A stretch of 64,000 nucleotides of DNA from NCBI GenBank assembly GCA_965212075.1, contig OZ243043.1, forward strand, positions 158,797-222,796. Reading direction: 5' to 3'. The notes beneath the pieces were generated by a model. It was given only the letters and a program-made list of their open reading frames with translations, did not search any database and was not told where the DNA came from. Below are positions 48,240 to 55,824 of this stretch, one piece after another. The translations under genes were made by a program, and so were the position numbers. Origin of the DNA: Alphaproteobacteria bacterium. Its GTDB lineage: Bacteria; Pseudomonadota; Alphaproteobacteria; JAPOUT01; G958296285. The first letter of the stretch is position 1; each line of letters starts with the position of its first letter.

Positions 48240-49367
48240 TTATTCGGCGGCGGAGAGGTTATCCATGGACAGATAGCGCGAAGATCCGCCATTGAGTCCG
48301 ATGAGATATTTGATGCCATCTTCGGCGATGTCATCGCCGACCATGCGATCGGTTTCATTATGTAGCTCTTTCATATCGATGAAGGCGGCATAATTGGCCG
48401 AAGTGCGCTCGGTGATGATTCCGGCTTTGAGCAGGGTTTTGATCAGCACGCGGAAGATGTAGGACGATCTCTGCATCTCATCGCGGATGACGTTATCGGT
48501 CATGGCTTCCATGAAGGCTTCCTGCACCCATTCCCAGTCGAGGCCGACTTGAGCGTAGATGTGTTGTTTCTGCTCGGGGCTGCCGAGGTTATAGAGGAGG
48601 ACATGGAACACTTCCCACGCCCAGTCTTCGATCATTGCGCGCTCTTGCTCGGGGAGGTGGGGGATGGTGCGATCGGCCCAGATTTTGCCGAATTTGTGAT
48701 GGAAGGCTTCGTCGGTCATGACGAGCTGGCAGAGTTTGCGCATGACGGGGTCATTGCCTCTTTCATAGAAGCTGGCGAAGGCGCCCATGGCGAGGCCTTC
48801 GATCATCATCTGCATGCCGACGAGCTTTTTCCAGACCAGCGGCGAGGCGACGATGTCTTTGAGCAGCCCGCCGAGTGCTGATCCGACTTGGCAAGGCTTG
48901 CCCCATCGCGCTTCCATATATTTGGAGAAGGCTGTGACATGGCGCGCTTCTTCGCGGGTTTGGTTGGCGGCATATTCTTGCGCGCCCGGGTCTTTGAGGA
49001 TGTGGCACAGGCTCGCCGAAAGCGCGAGCGCGCCCTGTTCGCCATGCAGGATGGACGAAAAGGACCAATGAACGCTGAGGTTGGTCAGCTTAATTTTCTG
49101 CTTCTCATCGAGCTTGTCGGCGACAGCGGTATGCAGTTCGCCGATCATCTCGGGGTCGGAGATATATTCATTCTCGAGATCAAAGGGCTTGGAGAAGTCG
49201 ATATATTTGGCGTCAAGCGGATCCCAGAAATGGTCGTGGGTCGCGGAGATGATTTTGTCAAAAGCCGTTGAGCGCTGCCCATAGCGATCCACTTCAATCA
49301 TGGCTTCAAAGTCATCGGGGGCGACGGCCTCATAGGCGCTGTCGATATTGATATGCTGCTCTGACAT
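48240..49367 (-). CDS. ferritin-like diiron protein (AurF-like oxygenase family)
   Basis: 375 aa with paired carboxylate/His motifs EQGALAL...REEARHVTAF and IEGLAMG...TDEAFHHKF, consistent with a diiron four-helix bundle. A strong RBS (AGGAGG) precedes the ATG. Confidence 0.65.
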   Translation of the reverse strand: MSEQHINIDSAYEAVAPDDFEAMIEVDRYGQRSTAFDKIISATHDHFWDPLDAKYIDFSKPFDLENEYISDPEMIGELHTAVADKLDEKQKIKLTNLSVHWSFSSILHGEQGALALSASLCHILKDPGAQEYAANQTREEARHVTAFSKYMEARWGKPCQVGSALGGLLKDIVASPLVWKKLVGMQMMIEGLAMGAFASFYERGNDPVMRKLCQLVMTDEAFHHKFGKIWADRTIPHLPEQERAMIEDWAWEVFHVLLYNLGSPEQKQHIYAQVGLDWEWVQEAFMEAMTDNVIRDEMQRSSYIFRVLIKTLLKAGIITERTSANYAAFIDMKELHNETDRMVGDDIAEDGIKYLIGLNGGSSRYLSMDNLSAAE

Positions 49368-49743
49368 TTATATGCCTCCTATATATATGCTTGTTTGAGT
49401 GTTCTCCTCTTATGATAGGCGATTCTCGCGTGAGGGCAAGCAAAAAACGAGCCTTTAATCCACTGATAGAAAGAGATTTTTTATCCGTCATTCCTGCCTA
49501 GTTCCCACCGCGTCATCCCCGCGCCAGACTCGTCTGCGACAGACTCGCCTGTCAGCGGGAATCCAGTCAAATACATGAACCCCTTTTCATCGTCATCCCC
49601 GCGAAGGAGGAAATAACGGCGCTAGCGCGCCGTTCGTGGCCTCCCCGCTTACTTCCCACCGCGTCATTCCCGCGACAGACCTGTCTGACGGCGGGAATCC
49701 AGTTAAATATAAACCATTCTAAAATTAACGGCGCGAAAGCGCC

Positions 49744-49822
49744 GTCATTCCCGCGAAGGCGGGAATCCAGTGAAATATGAATCGTGATTGCAAGCCGCCA
49801 ATAGCGGCGCAGCAATCTCAAA
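49744..49822 (+). repeat. 79-bp direct repeat, copy 1 (left flank of the GIY-YIG gene)
   Basis: gtcattcccgcgaaggcgggaatccagtgaaatatgaatcgtgattgcaagccgccaatagcggcgcagcaatctcaaa. It is identical to 50305-50383 except for one base (atAgcgg versus atGgcgg). Confidence 0.95.
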
Positions 49823-49840
49823 GTATAATCAAGCCCTATT

Positions 49841-50143
49841 ATGAAACAGCCCTGTGTATATATTCTCGCGAGCCATCACAACGGAACACTCTATGTCGGC
49901 GTCACATCCGATCTCATCAAACGTGTCGGGCAACATAGACAAGAGGAAACAGAAGGCTTTACCCAACAATATCAGGTCAAGCGGCTTGTCTGGTATGAGA
50001 TACATGACACAATGGAATCGGCAATCATCAGAGAAAAAGTCATCAAGAAATGGAATCGGAAATGGAAACTCAATTTGATAGAAATAGATAACCCCGATTG
50101 GCATGATTTATATTTGACTGGATTCCCGCCTTCGCGGGAATGA
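49841..50143 (+). CDS. GIY-YIG nuclease family protein (UPF0213/YhbQ-like)
   Basis: 100 aa reading CVYILASHHNGTLYVGVTSDLIKRVGQHR...ESAIIREKVIKKWNRKWKLNLIE. The GIY and YVG motifs, Arg and Glu are present. The last 9 codons (LTGFPPSRE) and the stop lie inside an inverted REP-like element. Confidence 0.85.
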   Translation: MKQPCVYILASHHNGTLYVGVTSDLIKRVGQHRQEETEGFTQQYQVKRLVWYEIHDTMESAIIREKVIKKWNRKWKLNLIEIDNPDWHDLYLTGFPPSRE

Positions 50144-50304
50144 CGGCGCTGGCGCGCCGTTTTTCATCGTCATCCCCACGACAGGCTCGCCTGCGACAGG
50201 CTCGCCTCTAGAGGTTTGTCTGTCAGCGGGGATCCAGTGATTTTGAACCGCCCAATGTAAGCCACCCGATTGCGGTTAAAATTCCGCCGTTCTTCTTTTC
50301 CGTC

Positions 50305-50383
50305 GTCATTCCCGCGAAGGCGGGAATCCAGTGAAATATGAATCGTGATTGCAAGCCGCCAATGGCGGCGCAGCAATCTCAAA
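50305..50383 (+). repeat. 79-bp direct repeat, copy 2 (right flank of the GIY-YIG gene, abutting the amidase stop)
   Basis: See copy 1. The two copies are offset by exactly 561 bp. Confidence 0.95.
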
Positions 50384-50384
50384 T

Positions 50385-51815
50385 TTACGCAAGCCGGTCA
50401 AACAGAGCGGGGTAGCGATCGGCCCAAGGGTGTGCCTCCTCCAACTGCGCGGCGAGTTGAAACAAAATCGCCTCGTCGCCGAAGCGCGCGGTGAACATGA
50501 CGCCGATCGGCAGGCCGTCATCGCTCCAGCACAAAGGCACCGACATCGCAGGCTGGCCGGTCATATTGGCAAGGCCGGTATAAGGCATGATCTCGCGGTG
50601 AAGGTCATTAAACCGATCAACATCCTCGCTCATCGTATCGATCGTGCCCAGCGCGAAGTTTTTGACCCCGAACACCGGACAGAGATAGAGGTCATAGGTT
50701 TGGTGAAAGGCGGCGACGCGGCGGCCCAGCGCGTGGATAAAGTTCACGGCGCGGACATAGTCTTCGCCGCTGGTTTTGCGGCCCCATTCGGCGATGCGCC
50801 ATGTAGCGCGTTCCACTTCGCTCTCGTCGATTGGTCGCGCGCGCGCCTCGCCGGTCTGCGCGAGCGTGAGCGCGACATTGACGCCGATCAAATTGATCTG
50901 GTGGAAGCCCATCTCCTGCGGATTGAGCTCTGGCGCGGCCTCTTCAATATGATGGCCGAGCGCCTCGCAATGTTTTGCGGCCTGCTGGATTGCGCGGATG
51001 GTGTCTTGATCGGGCTGGCTGCCATCGCCGCGCTTTGTGTTGAAGGCGATGCGCAAGGGTTTCGGTTTTATTTTCATTTCGTCAAGGAAGGGTCGTTGCG
51101 GTGTCGGCGCGTGATAGGGGTCGCCGAGCGCGGGCGCGCAGGTGGCGTCGAGGGCGGCGGCGCTGTCGCGCACCGAGCGCGACACGACATGATTGCACGA
51201 CATGCCTGCCCAGCCTTCGCCGCGATCGGGTGCCATCGAGACGCGCGCGCGGGTGGGTTTGATGCCGAACAGGCCGCAGGCGGCGGCCGGCAGACGAATG
51301 GAGCCGCCGCCATCGCTGGCATGGGCGAGCGGCACGATCCCCGCCGCGACCGCCGCCGCCGCGCCGCCGCTTGATCCGCCCGGAGACAGGTCAAACTGCC
51401 AAGGATTTTTTGTTGCGCCATATTTATGCGGCTCGGTTGTTCCGGTCAGGCCGAATTCGGGCGAGTTGGTTTTGCCGAAAATGACAAAACCGGCTTTGAT
51501 GTAGCGCTCAACGAGCGCGCTGTGATGATCGGCGATGAGGTCTTTAAAGATTTCGGTGCTGGAATCGGTGATTGTGTCTTTGAACATCACGTGGAGATTT
51601 TTCAGCAGAAAGGGGACGCCGCCAAACGGCCCGAAAGGATTTTGTCGGGCGGTGTCGCGGGCGACATCATCGTGGCGCATAACGATCGCGTTCAACTTGG
51701 GATTGAGCCGGTCAGCGAGGGCGAGCGCGGCATCAAGCGCTTCGCTGGCGCTGATCTCGCGCTTCTGGATGGCCGCGGCGAGTCCCAGCCCATCAAATTT
51801 GATATAATCCTCCAT
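50385..51815 (-). CDS. amidase (amidase-signature family)
   Basis: 476 aa with the AS motif GGSSGGAAAAVAAGIVPLAHASDGGGSIRLPAAACGLFGIKPT. Confidence 0.85.
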   Translation of the reverse strand: MEDYIKFDGLGLAAAIQKREISASEALDAALALADRLNPKLNAIVMRHDDVARDTARQNPFGPFGGVPFLLKNLHVMFKDTITDSSTEIFKDLIADHHSALVERYIKAGFVIFGKTNSPEFGLTGTTEPHKYGATKNPWQFDLSPGGSSGGAAAAVAAGIVPLAHASDGGGSIRLPAAACGLFGIKPTRARVSMAPDRGEGWAGMSCNHVVSRSVRDSAAALDATCAPALGDPYHAPTPQRPFLDEMKIKPKPLRIAFNTKRGDGSQPDQDTIRAIQQAAKHCEALGHHIEEAAPELNPQEMGFHQINLIGVNVALTLAQTGEARARPIDESEVERATWRIAEWGRKTSGEDYVRAVNFIHALGRRVAAFHQTYDLYLCPVFGVKNFALGTIDTMSEDVDRFNDLHREIMPYTGLANMTGQPAMSVPLCWSDDGLPIGVMFTARFGDEAILFQLAAQLEEAHPWADRYPALFDRLA

Positions 51816-51871
51816 TGCGACTGTGATATTATACTATTTCGGCATCTGATGTATAGAGCGAGGTTATCTCC

Positions 51872-53146
51872 GTGCGGCTTTGGCAGCGTCATTTTTGGGT
51901 AAAAGATATTTTTGTTCTAGTTGCCATTTTGGGCATGATGCTCGTCGGCTGCGGAGGGGGAGGAAGCGGTGGTTCAGATTCCATCGTGTTAAATCCACGG
52001 CTGAACCGACCACCGATCGCAGATCAGGCGCTGGATTATACTTTAGGGACACCCGATCCTTTTTTCATGGACGGCGGCGCGGGGGCGGGCATCGTTGGTA
52101 TGACCACAAGAAGATATGCTGCTAGCAGGCTTGTCTTAGGCAATGAGATAAGAAGTTTAGCGATTGCTCCGTCAGGTAATCAGATTTTTGATTATTTTGA
52201 CCTTAATTTAGCGCCCCGTGAGGTCAGAGAGGAATGGCGCAGAGGCTGGACAGGCCAAGGGAGTTCCGTTCTGGTTGTTGATGGTTTTACGCCTGCTGAT
52301 TTGAGGTTGGCGGAGATGGGGTTGGTAGAGACTCATGGCTTTGCTTCCATATTTTCTGTTTTGGCGACCGGGAATGGCGCGAGTTTATATGCCCTGACCG
52401 CGCCTGTTGGGGGTCAAATCTATGGGGCCGACGGTGTGCGCGCTGCTTTTAATACTGATAATATGCCTGTGAATTCTGTAACGTCTTTTGATGTGGTCAA
52501 TGCGAGCTTCGGTCGTAGTCCACAGACTGATCCTGCGCTGCGAGCGGCTGGAATTGCTGAGGTTCAAGCCGAAGCATTTTTTCGGGATATGAAAGGTCTT
52601 GGAGGTGCTGGGACTGTCTTGGAGCGTCGTGCATTGGATGCGGTGCTCACGAAAGCTGCAGGTAATGATGGCATGGATGCGGGTCTTTTGCCGGATAATC
52701 TCGCCTTTGTGGGAGATGAGAGTATCGGAACGCGTGTTTTGATCGTCGGCGCGCTGACCAGCTATTATGATAATGATAACCCCGCGCAGCTTGCGCAGAG
52801 CAGCAATGTTGCTGGCAGCAATCCGAATATTCGCGCGCGCTTTCTCGTGGATAATGGGTTCGCGCCTTTTAACACTATTGTTACTATTGGTGGGGTTAAT
52901 CAGGATGCAGAGATTGCCTTCACCACCTTGTTTGGGACATCTTTTGCCGCGCCGCGGGTTGCGGGCTATGCGGCGATTGTGCGGCACAAATTCCCGAACC
53001 TGACGGGAGTCAATACGGCGGACATCATGTTAGAGACCGCGACCTATGAAGGCTTGGTTTGTTTTCCCAACTGCGCGGAAAACATTTATGGGCAGGGGCG
53101 CGTGGATATCGGTGCTGCCCTCGCGCCGATTGGCGATATGAGGTAG
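51872..53146 (+). CDS. subtilase (S8)-like lipoprotein, subtype A, copy 1
   Basis: The GTG start is preceded by GAGG. The lipobox is MLVGC, followed by GGGGSGGS. Candidate catalytic residues are D (SSVLVVDGF), H (ETHGFAS), N (KAAGNDG) and S (GTSFAAPRVAGYAAIV). The protein ends GQGRVDIGAALAPIGDMR. Confidence 0.75.
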   Translation: MRLWQRHFWVKDIFVLVAILGMMLVGCGGGGSGGSDSIVLNPRLNRPPIADQALDYTLGTPDPFFMDGGAGAGIVGMTTRRYAASRLVLGNEIRSLAIAPSGNQIFDYFDLNLAPREVREEWRRGWTGQGSSVLVVDGFTPADLRLAEMGLVETHGFASIFSVLATGNGASLYALTAPVGGQIYGADGVRAAFNTDNMPVNSVTSFDVVNASFGRSPQTDPALRAAGIAEVQAEAFFRDMKGLGGAGTVLERRALDAVLTKAAGNDGMDAGLLPDNLAFVGDESIGTRVLIVGALTSYYDNDNPAQLAQSSNVAGSNPNIRARFLVDNGFAPFNTIVTIGGVNQDAEIAFTTLFGTSFAAPRVAGYAAIVRHKFPNLTGVNTADIMLETATYEGLVCFPNCAENIYGQGRVDIGAALAPIGDMR

Positions 53147-53155
53147 AGGGTTGAG

Positions 53156-54529
53156 ATGTTGTTGCGCATTTTGCGGCAGATTGACTTTTGGATGAAGAAC
53201 TTTCGGATGAAGAACTTTCGGATGAAGAAGGTCTTTTTGTTATTGGCTGTCTTTGGACTAATGTTGGCTGCGGGCTGCGGTTCGGGCGGAGGGAGTTCGG
53301 TTGCCGGAACGCAAGACCCAAACATACCGCCGATGATGCAGCAGCCAGAGCGTCCGCCAATCACGCCGCCGCTGCCGCCACCACCGCCTGATCCTTTTGA
53401 AATAGGAACGCCCGATTCTTTTTTTATGGAGGATGGCGCGTTTGAGACAAACAATGGCGGCACGAGCATCGTTGATATGACGGAGATGAGCTATGAGAGC
53501 ACGGAGATATTAGGCGCGACGATCGTGGGGCTCCCGGGTTCGGGTCTTATCATCATTGACCCTCCAGACAATTCGCCGTTTGATGTTGGGCTGCCCCCCG
53601 CGGGTGTCAAAGAGGCGTGGCGTGAGGGCTGGACGGGCGAAGGTGTCCCGGTTCTGATCGCTGATTGTTTTGAGCTTAATCCTCTCAACCGTCTGGAATG
53701 TCCACCCGCGCATGGCTATTCTGTGTTGTTTTCGCTTTTGGCGACCGCGCCGCATGCGAGTGTTTATGTGACGGATGCTTTTGGCCCACGGGCTTATGGA
53801 ACGCGTGGTGTGCTCGGCGCATTTCGGGCTGATGAGCCTGTGGGGTCTTTAAGATCTTTTGATGTGGTCAATGTGAGCTTTGGCCTCACAGAGCTGGTGG
53901 CTGATGCCGCCCGTCGAGACGCGCGGGTCGCAGAATATCAAAGAACCAGTCTCTTTTTTGCGGATTTGAAAGGCGAAAGTTTTGTTTTGGGCGGTCTTGC
54001 GGGGGATGCGGTGGTGACGAAGTCAGCGAGCAATGATGATGGCGCTGATGCGGGTCATCTGCCGGATAATGTTGCCTTTGTGATTGATCCGAGCATTGGT
54101 CCGCGCGTTTTGATCGTCGGCGCGACGAGGGGCTATTACGATGATGATGTGGGCGCGGAGATGGCTACATACAGCAATGTTGCTGGCAGCAATTCGGCTA
54201 TTCGCGATCGCTTTGTTGTGGCGAATGGGGACTCGCCTTTTGCCGGACGCGTGCGTATTAGCGGTCAGCCTGTCAATCCAGTTGATATCAATCCGATCAA
54301 TAGTGTCGGCACGTCATTTGCCGCGCCGCGGGTTGCGGGTTATGCGGCGATTGTGCGGCAAAAATTCCCGAACCTCACGGGAGCGAATACAGCGACCATC
54401 ATGTTGGACACCGCGACCTATGAAGGTTTGATGTGTAATATTCCGCCTAGCAGTTGCGCGGAAAACATTTACGGTCAGGGGCGCGTGGATATCGGCGCCG
54501 CCCTCGCGCCCTCTGGCCAAATGAGGTAG
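53156..54529 (+). CDS. subtilase (S8)-like lipoprotein, subtype B, copy 1
   Basis: The lipobox is LAAGC, followed by GSGGGSS and a Pro-rich tether (PPITPPLPPPPPDP). Candidate catalytic residues are D (VPVLIADCF), H (PAHGYSV), N (SASNDDG) and S (GTSFAAPRVAGYAAIV). The start is ambiguous: ATG at 53156, 53192, 53207 or 53222, the last three created by a 15-bp triplication. Confidence 0.75.
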   Translation: MLLRILRQIDFWMKNFRMKNFRMKKVFLLLAVFGLMLAAGCGSGGGSSVAGTQDPNIPPMMQQPERPPITPPLPPPPPDPFEIGTPDSFFMEDGAFETNNGGTSIVDMTEMSYESTEILGATIVGLPGSGLIIIDPPDNSPFDVGLPPAGVKEAWREGWTGEGVPVLIADCFELNPLNRLECPPAHGYSVLFSLLATAPHASVYVTDAFGPRAYGTRGVLGAFRADEPVGSLRSFDVVNVSFGLTELVADAARRDARVAEYQRTSLFFADLKGESFVLGGLAGDAVVTKSASNDDGADAGHLPDNVAFVIDPSIGPRVLIVGATRGYYDDDVGAEMATYSNVAGSNSAIRDRFVVANGDSPFAGRVRISGQPVNPVDINPINSVGTSFAAPRVAGYAAIVRQKFPNLTGANTATIMLDTATYEGLMCNIPPSSCAENIYGQGRVDIGAALAPSGQMR

Positions 54530-54531
54530 TG

Positions 54532-55824
54532 ATGTTGTTGAGCGCTCGTTTCATTTTGTATTTTGGTCTTGCCTTTTTTGGCATGATGCTTACAGGCTGC
54601 GGTGGTGGAGGGAGTTCGGTTGCCGGAATGCCGGACATGCAGCCGCCGGACATGCAACAGCCGCCGCCAACCCCAGACCAGCTGCCCACTGCCGATCCCT
54701 CAGCCTCAGTCTCGGCAGATAACCCGCTAAACCCACCGCAGTCAGGCCCGCCGCCACCAAACCCCGTGCCGCCAGACTCACAGGCTCCACGGGTTTTTAC
54801 TGAAGGACCGCAAGATCCTTTTTTCATGTCCGGCGGCCAGGGGGCGCGCTTCGTCAATACAGACACACGCGTATATAGTAATATGAATATATTAGGCGTG
54901 GGGATAGCGGGGACGGGTGGTTCTTTCGGCGTCAGATTAGCGCCCAGTGATGTCAGAGGGGAATGGAACAATGGCTGGTCGGGCCAAGGGCGTTCCGTTC
55001 TGATCGTTGATGATTTTAATAATCATCATGGTTATTTTGTGATGTTTTCTCTTTTAGCGGCTGCGCCGCGCGCGAATGTCTATGGCCTGACCGGGCCTAT
55101 TAGAGGTGTGAACTACGGGGACGGCGGTGTGCGCGCCGCTTTTAATGCACCCGGAAATCCTGCGTCTTTTGATGTGGTCAATGCGAGCTTCGGCGCCGAT
55201 CTCATTCCTAATCTTAATCCGCAAAACCCTCGGGTCGCTGCGTGGGGCAATAACATATTTTTTCGGGATATGAGAGGCCAGGGGCCTTTCTTGGGCGCGC
55301 GCGCGGTGGATGCGGTGCTTGTGAAAGCTGCGGGCAATGATGGTGGCGCTGATGCGGGTCATTTGCCGGATCATGTTGCCCTTGTGGGCGATGCGAGCAT
55401 TGGTCCGCGCGTTTTGATCGTCGGCGCGACGGATGGCTATTATAATAACGGCGCTGGCGCGCAGATTGCTGCATACAGCAATCGCGCTGGCAGCAATGCG
55501 AATGTTCGCGCGCGCTTTCTTGTAGCGAATGGGGACGCACCTTTTACTGATAGCTCTATTAGTGTTGGGGGTCAGCCTGTGGATGTTTTCACTAGCACAA
55601 GCAGAAGAGCAGGGACATCTTTTGCTGCGCCGCGGGTTGCGGGCTATGCGGCGCTTATGCGGCATAAATTCCCAAACCTGTTGGGACACCAGACGGCGGA
55701 CATCATGTTAGAGACCGCGACCTATCAAGGTTTGGTTTGTTTTCCCAACTGCGCGGAAAACATTTACGGTCAGGGGCGCGTGGATATCGGCGCCGCCCTC
55801 GCGCCGATTGGCAGTATGAGATAA
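54532..55824 (+). CDS. subtilase (S8)-like lipoprotein, subtype A, copy 2
   Basis: The start is ATG 54532, after GAGG and just past the upstream TAG. The track start at 54454 overlaps the previous gene. The lipobox is MLTGC, followed by GGGGSS and a long Pro-rich tether. Candidate catalytic residues are D (SVLIVDDF), H (NHHGYFV), N (KAAGNDG) and S (GTSFAAPRVAGYAALM). Confidence 0.75.
   Translation: MLLSARFILYFGLAFFGMMLTGCGGGGSSVAGMPDMQPPDMQQPPPTPDQLPTADPSASVSADNPLNPPQSGPPPPNPVPPDSQAPRVFTEGPQDPFFMSGGQGARFVNTDTRVYSNMNILGVGIAGTGGSFGVRLAPSDVRGEWNNGWSGQGRSVLIVDDFNNHHGYFVMFSLLAAAPRANVYGLTGPIRGVNYGDGGVRAAFNAPGNPASFDVVNASFGADLIPNLNPQNPRVAAWGNNIFFRDMRGQGPFLGARAVDAVLVKAAGNDGGADAGHLPDHVALVGDASIGPRVLIVGATDGYYNNGAGAQIAAYSNRAGSNANVRARFLVANGDAPFTDSSISVGGQPVDVFTSTSRRAGTSFAAPRVAGYAALMRHKFPNLLGHQTADIMLETATYQGLVCFPNCAENIYGQGRVDIGAALAPIGSMR

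Larger units (their letters stand above)
49486..50383. repeat. cluster of at least 7 palindromic REP-like elements (core GTCATyCCCGCG-loop-CGGGRATCCAG), often paired with an ACGGCGC-N4-GCGCCGT hairpin
   Basis: The copies are at 49512-49566 (long loop), 49592-49610 (degenerate), 49663-49702, 49744-49770, 50118-50144 (inverted), 50169-50237 (long loop) and 50305-50331. The auxiliary hairpins are at 49614-49633, 49727-49745 and 50143-50160. Confidence 0.9.

Noticed and set aside
49567-49821. 84-aa ORF (MRLLRRYWRLAITIHISLDSRLRGNDGAF...) and its twin at 50170-50382
   Set aside because: Both read straight through the palindromic REP-like elements and the 79-bp direct repeat. The RGNDG-type peptide is just the translation of GTCATTCCCGCGAAGGCGGGAATCC. 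Neither has an RBS. I treat them as repeat artefacts, not genes.
49486-50383. Possible CRISPR array, because several similar repeats occur in under 1 kb
   Set aside because: The repeats are internally palindromic, occur in both orientations and vary in length (27-69 bp). They are not separated by uniform spacers, and no cas genes or leader are present. They fit REP/MITE-like elements instead.
54454-54531. Extended N-terminus of S8 copy A2 (MRGKHLRSGARGYRRRPRALWPNEVV...)
   Set aside because: It overlaps the conserved C-terminus of copy B1 in another frame. A GAGG-ATG start at 54532 right after the upstream stop gives a normal lipoprotein signal peptide.
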